Shown: piece after piece, positions 1 to 12,200 of the stretch
Layout of the letters: each line of letters begins with the position of its first letter
Position numbering within the stretch: the stretch's first letter is position 1
From: Botryllus schlosseri
Taxonomy: Eukaryota
Assembly: GCA_051294905.1 (NCBI GenBank)
Contig: CM119380.1
Span: forward strand, 11,656,001-11,720,000
DNA length: 64,000 nt
Direction: 5' to 3'
Made by a program: the position numbers and the translations under genes
The notes under the pieces: model-generated
Told to the model about the DNA's origin: nothing
Seen by the model: the letters and a program-made list of their open reading frames with translations, nothing else
Database searches by the model: none

Positions 1-410
1 GGTCGAGTCTGAGTCATGGTGTTATGACTCGTTTCCGAGTCCAAGTCATTGTGTTGGCCGCTCAGTTTCCAGTTAAAGCCTTGTTAACCCACTTTTTATA
101 ACTCTGGTGATATTGAATGGTTCTCATTCATAATATATTAATTTTCCTCACTTTTAGCAGTTTCTGGTCGCATTTTCGAATACTAGTACCAATAGACGAA
201 TCCCCAATAGTGTGGCCACTTTACTATACTTCGAAATTGCAATGAAATGTTGGTCTCGGCCGTCTAAGACTCGAGTCATATGACTTGGTTCGAGTCATGC
301 GCAATACACAGATTGACTCGAATCGAGTCGAGTCATTTCCGAATTTTGCGGAAATGACTCAAGTCAAGTCATCAGAAAATCGTGACACGAGTCGAGTCAT
401 TACAACCCTG
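1..410. mobile_element. hAT-type MITE, GAGTC-rich family (left end outside window)
   Basis: Repeated gagtc/gactc motifs; ends ...gagtcattacaaccctg, like the end of the complete copy at 55707-56630. Confidence 0.7.
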
Positions 411-612
411 CAATTACAACATGCAATAAGTCTCGACATTTCGACTGTGTCCACTTTTTGAAACTACTCACCCCAGTAGCCTACTTTTTCAAATTTCACT
501 TTCTACTTATACTTGAAAGGTAGTTTGATGTCTTGTAAATCGCTATTGATACTCAAGTACTAACTACGACTACTCTGACCATCTTTGTTTGGAAGTGACC
601 ACCTAGAATAAC

Positions 613-1106
613 TAGGGCTGGCCACAATGATTCGAGTACTTGAATCTGAATTGAGTATCAATTCCAATGATTCGAGTCGAGTAAGTAAAAGTAAGTTTCG
701 AGTACGAATATAGAATCAAAATTCTAATTCTCAGTAAAGTATTATATATTTTCAGTATTCGAAACTATATAATACTTTATCGAGAATTGGAATTTCGATT
801 CCATATATCACTGTGAGGCATTGAAACGGTGATTGGTCGAATCGCAGAATACGAAACATGTAGGACATAGCTACGCACGTTCGCGTAAATGACACATGTG
901 TTGTCACGAAGTGCAATAAGCTAGGTATGATCGAAAATTTACCAAACAATCTTCGATGTGATGTTGAACTGGAAATTTAGTCTTTGAAGTTGCATACAAC
1001 TTGTCATCATTCATAATGTTGTGACGTCATAATGAGATATTCGAATCGAAGCTTAATACTCGATTCAGCATCGAATCACCCGGGTACTCGATTTTGCCAA
1101 GCCCTA
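613..1106. mobile_element. hAT-type MITE, TAGGGCTGGGC family
   Basis: TIRs tagggctggcca / tgccaagcccta; homologous to 2114-3012 and 59015-61646. Only a 5-bp flank match (ataac) is visible. Confidence 0.75.
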
Positions 1107-1338
1107 ATAACAACGCGCTAAAAGTATGTAATACCTCCAATAAATATAGTTTTTGAAACTTCTTACGTATATACTCGCGTAGGCCTACTTTTCAGAACTT
1201 TCCTGTTTCTTTGAAGTGATTTTTACAAGCCTTGTGACTCGCTAATTATACTGGAGTAGAAGCTAACAGCGTTGCTACTACTTCTACTCAATGCAAACAA
1301 TGATTACTTTGATCACCCCATGAACTATTGAGTATGCA

Positions 1339-1581
1339 ACGGTCTGTGGATATACGGGCATGCGACACATGAGCATGCGAGTCAAATTACGGGTTAGGGT
1401 TGAATTTAAGCTTGGGTTAGGGTAGGGCTCGGGATATATAGCGGTTAATTTCAGTGTTATGTTTCAGGTTAGGGTTAGTTTTGGGGTTATGAAGTCACAT
1501 ACTGAAGTGATGCATGCTAAAGTGTTCCATGCTCAATTGTCGTTTTCCATTGTGTCGCATACTCATATGTCGGGCAATCGT
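1339..1581. mobile_element. Small TIR element with ggttagggtt-rich core
   Basis: Imperfect inverted ends sharing atgcgacaca; central degenerate TTAGGG-like motifs. Confidence 0.45.
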
Positions 1582-2113
1582 ATGCATGCAACACATCGAC
1601 CAAATCTACTTTTTAAAAGTAATTACTTGAGGATATTTCAGAACATCATTTTCTACTTCCATTTCAAATAGATTTGACACACCCTGTAACTTGTTACATC
1701 TACGTGTGTATAAATTCATGCCGTTACTTCAACTTCAGTACAAAAGATGATTACTTTGACTACCTCTGGTTTCCAAATAGTGTATTCAACGTTTTAGATC
1801 TTCAATTGCTTTCCGACTTTTTCCCGAGCATGATGCAGCACCGATTTTGTAGTGTAAAAGCAACGCTTGTTCTAGGTGGCAGTAGTTCTTCCAAACGATG
1901 TCGGCCCCAGTCTACAAGGCATTCTTCGTACAACCTGCTTGACGTTGTTGCCATTAATTGAAGACATTGTCGATCTAGAAGATTTAAATAATGTGAATAG
2001 GTGTAGTGAAGGCATTTGTCAAGAACTCAAGCCAGGTATTTATAACATCCTGTTAAAAAACAAAAACAATGGTGTACAAGCTTGGCTATTCGCACATTCT
2101 ACTCCCTAATCAG

Positions 2114-3012
2114 TAGGGCTGGGCACATGAGTACTCGAATCTAAATCGAGTATTAATTCGATTACCAGTGAACTCGGGCCATGGTGAATTCGGCCCATTG
2201 AACTCAGCCTACGGTAAACTCGGCCTTCGGAGGTGAACTCGGCCTAAACCTAAGCCCCTTCAACCCTAATATTGGGTTACACTGAATTCACCATGTGCGA
2301 TCCAATCCTTGACGTTCTGCACTCTTCGTCAACATTATGCAGCTCCGTACGTCTAAAATAACATTTTATACATCCGACACCGCCCCCAGTGGGAATAACA
2401 TTCACACGACATATCCACCACCCCACCACCAATTCGCCATTGCCTTCAATTAATAATACAATTCACGATATTTATAATAATTTGTATTGACAAAGTCACC
2501 ATGGGCCAGTTCACCGAAGGCCGAGTTCAATGGGCCGAATTCGTAATGGGCCGAGTTCACTGGTCGCAATTAATTCTATTGATTCGAGCCAAGTAGATGA
2601 CTTTTTCAAGTAGGCGTTCTGAAATTATACGCTCTTTGCCACCAAGAGTACAGTTATCAATAAAATTATATTTTTGATGCCATTGCCAATGTGGAAGTAG
2701 CATACAAAATGCGTAGTACAAAGCTATTCACTTTAGTGGAAATGACATATCTGTGAAGTCATGATTAACTCACAGCATAGTCACAAAGTGCAATGAAATA
2801 GGTATTGGTCGAAAATACACCAAATTATCTGTAATTTAGTGTGATGTAAAACTTGTATGTTCTTAGTGGAAACATAAAAGATACGTTTTCAACTTTCCAT
2901 ACTCATACTGTTATGAGTATAACATCATAATGAGTGATTATCGAATACTTGACACACGCCAGATTCAGAATCAATCACTCTTCACTCAGGTGCTCGACTT
3001 TGCCAAGCCCTA
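2114..3012. mobile_element. hAT-type MITE, TAGGGCTGGGC family, with nested insert
   Basis: TIR tagggctgggc / gccaagcccta; 8-bp TSD ctaatcag / ctaatcgg (7/8). Confidence 0.8.
2160..2568. mobile_element. Non-autonomous DNA transposon, CCAGTGAACTCGG family
   Basis: Inverted ends (..accagtgaactcgg) with reiterated gaactcggcc motifs; 8-bp TSD attaattc at 2152-2159 and 2569-2576. Confidence 0.75.
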
Positions 3013-5942
3013 CTAATCGGAACAGAAGTGATGCAGCCAACCTGACATATCTATAGAAATCATGCATACCAGATTAGCGTCACTGTGAATTATGGCACAC
3101 TTGGATTCAACGAAACATCGAGTCGTAGAGTAACAATATCAAAATATCATGCAGCAATTTTGAGCACCACTGGCGAAATCCTGAACGGGAACTACCGTCA
3201 CAGAGTCTATTTGCACATCATTTATGACACTTTTTTCAGGCTAATAAATCGCTGATTAATGAACATGAACAATCATAAATCATCACTCCAACTTACATGA
3301 TTCAACTTCTTAATCCATGGACAATGCACAAATGCGATGCGTTGCTCCGAAGTTGAAAAGTACTATATATCATTGCCTGTTCCATATTTAGACTCCTGCT
3401 AAAAATGAAGCGATGTTGTATACGCAGACCCAGGTATGCCCCTGCCTCATCGGCATGAAGAATCCATTGATAATAAGGGTCAATAGTGTGCTTTCTTATC
3501 CACGACAACATGACTATCAGCAATCAGTCTTCCCTAGGGCCCATCTACTTTGTGAATGTCGCTGTAATGTAGGCAATGATATTGCCGTGCAATATATTTT
3601 GTGAATGTCGGCACAATGTCGCCGTGCAATATACTTATTGGAAGGTAATGGGCGAAATATCTAAAGATCAATGTCAACTCGAGGTCCGAGAAGAAGTGAA
3701 AATTCAAACGGAATAATTATCTACTTTCACCAATTTTAAACTATCATAATATATGACGAGGAACGTGCAAGATATCCAATGAGCGAATTGTGACTATATA
3801 ATTTTTGCGACTAATATTTCTTACCGAGGATTTCAAGATATTGTATAGTTAAGCTATATGTAAGTTATAAGTTATCGTTACATTGCAATAGTTATAAGTA
3901 AGCATTTTAAGTATGTTGCACGGCGACATTGCCGACATTGCGACAACCCGTCTTCCCCATGAACATGGTAAATCCATGTCGTTTATAATTGGTTTAGCGT
4001 TGGGGTATCATTAAATTAGGCTGAGGTTAAAGTTGAGTTAACTATATTGATTGTTCCTAGAGTACCCTAACATTAACTAATAATAAAGCCATACATTTTG
4101 ATTTGTTCACCGAAAGCCTCGATTAGTATCAATGGTGTTGTTGTGGACACAACACAAAATTACAACAAATACGATAGATAATAAATATGCCAGTCATGCA
4201 ACTATCGTTTTCAGCCACAAATTCAGCAATCTCACATTCCGTAAAGGAAGATCCTATAATACACTTTAAAACTATGTAGCTATATAAAGCTAGGCTATAA
4301 TACATTCATCGATGCTGCATCTGGTTTCCTGCATGGATCTTGCAGTCTTTGGAAATTATTGTCAAACTTTTCATAGTATATACCGTACACATCAAACAGT
4401 AAGTTGAATATTACAACAACATGAAACCCACTGTGCAGCAAATCGAACTTCAATGATTGCATATAATTAAATATTATCATGATCATGCTCATCGGCTCAT
4501 CGCTATACTATAGCCTACTAGCCTATAGTATTACAAGTACTGCTAAGTTTACGATTAGCAGCGGGTCGGTTAGTTTCGTTCGTACATGATAAACCGCGGC
4601 ACAGACGTGCCACTAGAATCATAGTGAAATTCATGACGGTTATCGCAGTTAATGATGACCGAGGCTGTTGCTGTTCAATAAATATGGGTAACCCTAAAAG
4701 GAGGGAACGCGGAAACTGCGGAAAACGCGGAACTCGCGGAAATGGCCCCTAAAACGCGGAAACTGCGGGAAACCTCGATTCCTAAAGCGCTGAAAACAGA
4801 GGAAAACGCGGAACGCGGAACAGTCGGTCATTGACCTCTATAGAGCACAAAGTAGGCACTAAAACGAGGAAACAGCGGAAACGGCGGAACGCGGGACAGT
4901 CGGTCATCGACATTTGTAGATCTCATTGAAGGAACTCTAAAGTCTAAAGCGAGGAACCTGCGGGACATCAATTTTAGAGTGAGGCGATTTAGGCCTCATA
5001 AATAGCAGAGAACTGTCGTAATAGTTGAAAATTGAAATTAATTGGTATCTGAGAGTCAGACAGTCGTTCACTAACAATTATACACCTGGCCTCGCGGAAC
5101 ATACCTTGAAAACGCGGGAGCTGCGGGACACCCTAATTTTCGAGTATAAGGCAGAGTTAACCTCACAAACGACCGCAAACCGTCGTGATAGTTATAAATC
5201 GAACTTATGAAGTATCTGAGGGTTAAGCCTTCGGCCACTGACCCTAATAGACGCTGAACATAGCCTGGCGGAATATAAGAAAACGCGGAAACTGCGAACA
5301 CCTAAATTTTCGAATACAACGCAGATTTAACCTCACCACACCATCGGCCGCGAACTGTCGTGATAGTTAAAAATCGAACTTATGAAGTATCTGAGGATTA
5401 CACATTTCGGTCACTAACGATTATACACGCGTGTATACATACTGGTACTGGTGTATTCTCATGTAAATGCAGCTAAATTCAATTATGGGTATTTGCGAAG
5501 GAATTTTTTCAGGATACCGATAAGAAAATCAAGACGTGCATGTTGGACACTAAATCGCGCGAAGCGCGGACATATTTTTCAGGTTGTATTCATCTGTCCC
5601 CAAATACTGATATATTTATTGATTTTAGGAAAACTTTCCAGAAATTTAGGGGGAGAGCGATCGCCCCTCTCTGGCTACGCCAGTGATCCAACCAGAAATC
5701 AGCGATAACTGCGCCACTCGCTTCCCCAACTGGCTCGGTGTAATGTATTAGTGTTATGCTATTCTTCCTTCACAGCAGCGACCTATTATGGGAGTTGGAG
5801 CCTAGATGAACTCTCGACGTCTCGGCACTCCAGAACGTCGTTCTGTCGAGGAATGAACTGCCAACTCCCACCAACAAGCCAGCCAAGCCCTGAAGCCAGC
5901 CAACGAACCAACCAACCCCTTCGGCAGCAACTCTTCTCCAAC

Positions 5943-6363
5943 TAGGGATGCATTTAAAATAAATGGTGTTATAAAACACTTCGTTTAATACATGTTTGCA
6001 ACAGTGTTTTAAACAAAAGTCTTTAAAAATATTTGTGTTTTTCAAGTTGCAAAATTATGCCATAATTGTGTAAATACTTTCCAGAAAGCATGTTGTACGA
6101 GCTTACGGATAATAACCACCAGAAATAGCCGACGTATATCGATATGGAACGGTTGGACCCCTCAGAAAAGTCGGTTCAACAGCAATAGTGTACATATATT
6201 TCGTCAAAGGAGCTATATTAAATCTATATTTTCAATTACCAATGTGAATCCACTATGACATCACAATTGAATATTCGCGACGTCATGGCTTAAAAAAAAC
6301 AATAAAATACATGTTTCAACCAAAGGCCTTGTTTTAAACGTGTTGGTTTTAAATGCAACTCCG
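5943..6363. mobile_element. MITE, TAGGGTTGCATTTAAAAC family
   Basis: Homologous (inverted) to 33483-33905 and to 49574-50129; AT-rich inverted ends. Confidence 0.7.
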
Positions 6364-6759
6364 TCCATGCTATTCCTATTAAACGCTTAAATTAGATGTA
6401 TCTAAGACTGGTAAAATGGCGAAAAATATTAATGCGCAAAGAGGTGAAACGAATTATTAAAGTAACCAAATCATCAACCGGTAGTATCATAAACGCAAAA
6501 CACAATTGAAGGTCATGTAATAAAAAAAACATGCATGCATTCATCCACGCTCAGAACAGTTTAACACTGAGCGAGAAAAAAAACGGACGTAGCCTATGTC
6601 TAGATCTAGCACTATGAAATGAAAAGGGCAACCACAAATATAGAAATTCATATTGCTCGTATATTTGACTCCCGATCATCGAGAATTGATGCTCGATAAT
6701 AACAACTTGTTCATGTTTTCTTCCGATTACAATACTTCCGTGGGTGTTATTATATATGT

Positions 6760-7535
6760 ATTCGGTAAAATTTGAGTCCCCGCAGTTTCCACGTTTACTA
6801 GATCATATTTTCCACGAGGGCAGATTGTTCGTGAATGTATAATAATAATCGTCAGTGACCGAATGTTTGATCATCAGATACTTCATACGTTCAGTTTTTA
6901 ACTTTTGTACGACAGTCCTCTGGTGTTTATGGGGCCTAATTCACCTTATACTCGAAATTTAGGGTGTTCCGCAGTTTCTAGATATTTTCCACCAGGCCAT
7001 GTTCAGCGTTTACAAGGCTAATTTCCCGAAGTTTAACCATCGGATAACTCAATAAGCTCAATTTTTAACTATTTTCCGACAGCTCTCGGCCATTTGTGAC
7101 GCCAGATTCGTCTTATACTCGAAATTTAGGGTGCTCCTCAGTTTCCGCGCTTTCTATATACTTCCCACCAGGTCACGTTCAGCGCTTACAAGGCTAAGTG
7201 ACCCAATGTTTAACCATCAGATATCTCGTATATTTTCAATTTTCACCTATTACGACAGTTCTCGGCCCTTATTGTGAGGTCAAACTTGTCTTAAACTCGA
7301 TATTTAGGGTGTCCCGCGGTTTCTAGATATTTGCCACGAGGCCATATGCTGGGCGTGTATTGTATAATCGTTAGCGAACGAATGTTTGACCCGCAGATAC
7401 TTGATAAGTTCAATTTGTAACTTTATACGACAGCCCTCTGCCATTTGAGGCATCATTTGCCTTATACTCGAACATTTGTGTCCCGCGGTTTCTAGATGTT
7501 TGCCACGAGGCCACGCTGCGCGTGTATAATCGTTA
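6760..7535. repeat. Degenerate ~168-bp tandem repeats, inner part of the right arm of the foldback element
   Basis: Motif ttatactcgaaattt(agggtg) recurs near 6946, 7113, 7291 and 7462; the same unit occurs inverted in the left arm (~5136, ~5303). Confidence 0.75.
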
Positions 7536-7741
7536 CCCAGCAAACACTCGATGTCCAGTTGACTTCCGGTGGAATAGCTGACAGGACATCCCGTTACTTC
7601 CGGCCGTTACCTCCCTGGAGTGGGTTTGTCGACAACTAGAGACGTCCTGTCCGCTCGCTGAGTACGTCCGCAATGACGTGCTGTGGACATGGAGAGACTC
7701 GTCATGGACGCGTCTGACCTAGCCTGGACGTCACGTGGTTT

Positions 7742-7913
7742 CCTATGGACACGCCTGACGTACTGTGGACATGACGCCACTCCCTATGGACACGCCTGAC
7801 GTACTGTGGACCTGACGTCACTCCCTATGGACACGCCTGACGTACTGTGGACATGACGCCACTCCCTATGGACACGCTTGACGTACTGTGGACATGACGC
7901 CACTCCCTATGGA
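7742..7913 (+). repeat. 41-bp tandem repeat, 4 full copies plus a partial, subterminal to the CMC element
   Basis: Unit cctatggacacgcctgacgtactgtggacatgacgccactc starts at 7742, 7783, 7824, 7865 and 7906. Confidence 0.95.
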
Positions 7914-9099
7914 AGTGTCATTCGCCCCCTTTATCATCTCCACTCCATACCTGGTTCAACGCCTCACGACTAACAACATCATATCAGCTCACACACAGCG
8001 TATATTGGGTGAGTGGGGAATGAAACTGGCAAAATACAAATACAATATTGGTTATTATCAACATAACTACAACTATCTAATTTACGCAACACAAAATGTG
8101 AAATAAGGCTAAAACTACTACCACTTAACACAGTCAAGGCTGAAGTGAAAAATCATATTGCGACAAGCAATCACAGAAAATGTGTCACAGGAGTTTATAA
8201 ACAGCAACTGCTAATACCACTCAAACTAATGACAAACATTCAAAGTAAAAAAGCATTATTAATAACATAAAAAAGGTGTCACAGGAATATAAGACACTGC
8301 AACTGTTAGGAATATAAGACACTGCAACTGTTGGGACAACTCCAAGCTAATGGAGCAGTTCATGTGCAAAAAATTGATTAAATTTAAGAATGGTATCACA
8401 GGATAAATTAAATAATGGTATGTATCACAGGAATAAAGAAACCGCAACAATTCAAAACGAACATTACAAATAGCGTTCAGTAAAAATTCACTCTGCAAGA
8501 ATTATATCAATGCACCGTTTGCTGATGTTGAGTGCCCATTCTTTTTCTTTGTCAATCACAAGTGGTTGCACCAAAACGTTTTTTCTCGGCGCTTGCAGCT
8601 GAAATATATAGAGCAATGTCAGTGAATTCCGTATGTTGCCTATTTCTGCTCGAAGTAGTTATACAACGCCTTGGAAAGTGCTACAGATACTTCACTACAG
8701 ATTTACGTTACTTACCGGTACATGTCTGCTTGAGAACTAACTCCTGTTCGACGGAGACCACTTCTTCAATTTACTCGAGTACTTATCAACTTATATTTCT
8801 ACTTCCACTTGAAATAATTTTGACATATTTGAAAATTGCTACTTCTACTTCAGTTGAAATTTATGATGTTACTTCTACTTCAGCTTAAGTACCAAAAACG
8901 ACTACTTTTACTTCGGCTAACCATGTTCGGACCATTACATGGTAAAAGAATGAAACATTACAACCAAATCTACCCTTTTCAAACTACTCGAGTACCTTTC
9001 AACTTCAATTTTAACTTGGAGTAGTTTCAATATACTTCGTAAATCATTACATACTCCAGTATAAATTCCTGTTACTTCTACTTCCACTAGAGTTCCAAC

Positions 9100-9284
9100 C
9101 AATGTTCCCTCTAAGCTGCGCACATACGCAGTGCTTTCACGGTCGCTGCGCACAGAAAATCTCCGTTGCGCACAAAAAATTCGAAGTGATGACCCTTTTT
9201 TAGTCGTTACGCACTGTTTTTCAAGGGTCTGCGCAGTGAGTTGGTGAGTGTGCGCAGACCCGTCAAAATTTAGAGGGAACATTG
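9100..9284. mobile_element. hAT MITE (185 bp)
   Basis: Perfect TIR caatgttccctctaa; 8-bp TSD gttccaac / gtcccaac. Confidence 0.85.
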
Positions 9285-12200
9285 GTCCCAACGTTGAATA
9301 CTTCAGTTTGTTAAATGCCACTTACGGTTATATGCTAAAATCAAGCGACACCTAGACCAAATTTACGACATCACACTAACTGCTTCCTTGAGGTAGGTTT
9401 AACATGTCTTGTAAACCACTACATATACTTCACTAGAAATTATGTATTACTTGAGCAGTACTGACTACTTTTACTTTGACTACCCATGTTGGAAAGAAGC
9501 CACATTCCATTACATCAGGGCTGTCAAACATACAGACCGCCCAGCAATACTGCGTAGATTGAACAATGCTTGTTTGATGCAATGCAACGTATGAAATTTC
9601 CGTAAGAAATACTTCCATTAAATAATCCCTCAACACTGCAAATATCGAGTGCAGAAAAAATGCATATTGCGTTCCGAGTTTTATGAAAAAATTACCAAAA
9701 ACAGAAGCACAAACGCCAAAACGGAACTGATACATGCAAGTTACATGGTGAAGACAATAGTTTCACAAAAATATAATTACAATATCTGTGGTCGCACTAG
9801 TGCATCACAAAAGACTCAAATCATCCCTGGCCTTGGGGGAAACCTGAATCGCTATTCAAGACGATGAAGAAAACTTCAACGTCCGGTTTACAGTTAAATA
9901 CTTTGTCTACATCAACGCATACCCAGGTTTGCCGCAGTGTTGAGTAAATTATAGGTAGCATAGAAAAATACCGACTTACATCATTGTTGGAAGAGCTACT
10001 GTTTCATTGATTTTAACTGTATTTTGCCGCCAAATCACCATATTATCGACAATTCCATTGTTTGCGAATATAGCGCAGCTAGAATAGAACCTACATGATC
10101 CGCAATCGCGAAATTTTTTAAAAGTTAATGAATGAATTCAGGCAATAATAATGTTGCATATATTGTGGGTCGCCTAATTACCGCTGGGCTCAATTGACCA
10201 GCTCTGTATACCGCAGGGCTTAATTGACCAAGACATGAATAATCGAAGTTTTCAGTGAACATGAGTCTTATCATTTTGCGCAAAGGTTTCATCAACGACA
10301 ATTTTTCAGCGAGTGTAGGCGCGAAGTCGCATGTAGGACAACACGTTCTCACATAATTGCGAATATAGTTGAGATCAATTGCGTAGATTGGGCGCATATT
10401 TAATATTCATGAGAAGGAAACAATACTATAAAAGATAGAAATCAAATGACAATAAATCAAGCGAAGCGCTAAGAAAAATATCATGTCAAATAAATCTGCG
10501 ACGAAATATTCTACTTTATGTTCATATACGAAAATGTTGATGGCCCCTGGCTACGCCAATGCGTCGGAACTGATATTTTCGTCATTAACATCATAAAGTT
10601 TGCGGTCGGGCTAATCCAATTTTCGGTGTGTCTTGCAAGCTCACAATAAATTACCTGCCTAATTTATTTTTTTGATATTACAATTTAAATCGATAATCAA
10701 CTCGCGGGCCATTGAAAACCTTCTCGCGAGCCACGGGTTGGCTACTCCTGACCGAGACCAAATCTACTCTATGAAACAAATTACAAGATTTCTTTCGAAC
10801 TCAATTTTCTGCTTGTACTGGATGCAGCTTTTACATGGCTTATAGATTTCTACACACACTTGATTAGAAATTTGATGCTTTGCTTGGGTTCCAAATGCTG
10901 ATCATCTTCAACATAAAGATACACGCTAGTCAACATGGATATACGTTGACTGCCTATATTCAGAAATAGTCACGATTTCGTGGCAAGATGATGGTAAAAC
11001 CTTGACCAAATTTACTTCCCAAAATTTCTTGAAGACTTATCAACGCAATTTTTTATTTCCGCTTGTAGTTTCAACAGAAATTTAGGATATCACTTCTACT
11101 GCTACTGGAGTACTAATGCTGATATACTTTCATCTTGACTATACCTATAATCGGAAATGGCCACTTACGATTACACTCTAAAGAATTCCACAATTCGGGC
11201 TAATCCACTTCTTGATGCTCGTGCAATTTTCTCAATATTCTACTTCCACTTGAGCACTCGCTCACTACTGCTACTTGAACTTGAGCAGAAATGTATGATA
11301 TGATGCTACGACTGATGGAGTAGTGAGTACCAACCCTAAATTCTTTAACCACCTTCGGTTTTCGCAAATTGTATCGAAGCTATTTATTTTACCTTCGTTT
11401 GCTATCCAACTTTCATGCCGGGGCCTGGCGCCGCAATTGGCATTGTTGATGAATGGATTTCGCATCCGGTGCCTGAGAATAGATTCTGATTTTGAACATT
11501 GATTTTCGCATATGATAGGTAGGCCTACCATTCAACTTACAGAAAATGATATTATACAGGCACCACTTGTTCCGTGCTCTTTTTTGTCGAGTTGAAGCCC
11601 ATGCTGTATTTTAGTACGTCATTATGTTGACGGTACACTACACACTCTATAATGCATTCTTCGTACAGTCTGCTTGACGCGGTCATCACTAATGGCGGAC
11701 ATTGCTGATATCTAGGTAAAAAATCAGAATGGTTGTATTAAAGTCATCTGACAGTACGTGAAACAAAAACAAACCGATGCGGGTGCAAGCATGCTGCCTA
11801 TAGTGCATTTACACACTAATCAGTTATCAGGTTATTGTTGGCGAGAATATTGGCTACTGTGAATCACTCAGAATATGATTACGTCATCAATGGTAATTCG
11901 ATAATTCATTTCGATAGCCGAGATTCGCTGGGCGATATAGGCCAAACCGCGGCTCTGAGTTGAGGGTTTGATTGCGGCACATGCATTTCTTCAACTTGAA
12001 GAGGGAGTCATCATAATCCTAAATAATGCCTTCTATCACGTTTAGACAATATGCTTGCATATTGACATCAGTTACCTTATAGTTATCGTTACTGGAAAAT
12101 TTACACGGGTGCGGCTATATACAGGGTGAATTTGGCCACGGCAAGAGCGTATCATGTACTAAAAAGGTGCATAGTCATTAACAATAAACTTGATAATAAT

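Noticed and set aside
1385-1490. TTAGGG motifs as an interstitial telomere
   Set aside because: Sparse and degenerate, lying inside a small TIR element.
3297-3395. Minus-strand 99-bp exon-like segment (ESKYGTGNDI*YFSTSEQRIAF..)
   Set aside because: Good splice signals but a stop in every frame and no neighbouring exons found; at best a pseudo-exon.
5025-5301. Duplicated ORFs 5025-5301 and 13933-14230 as a gene pair
   Set aside because: They are mirror images within the foldback TIR arms, with no protein motifs.
7742-7913. 41-bp repeats as a CRISPR array
   Set aside because: Head-to-tail with no unique spacers, no cas genes, eukaryotic context.
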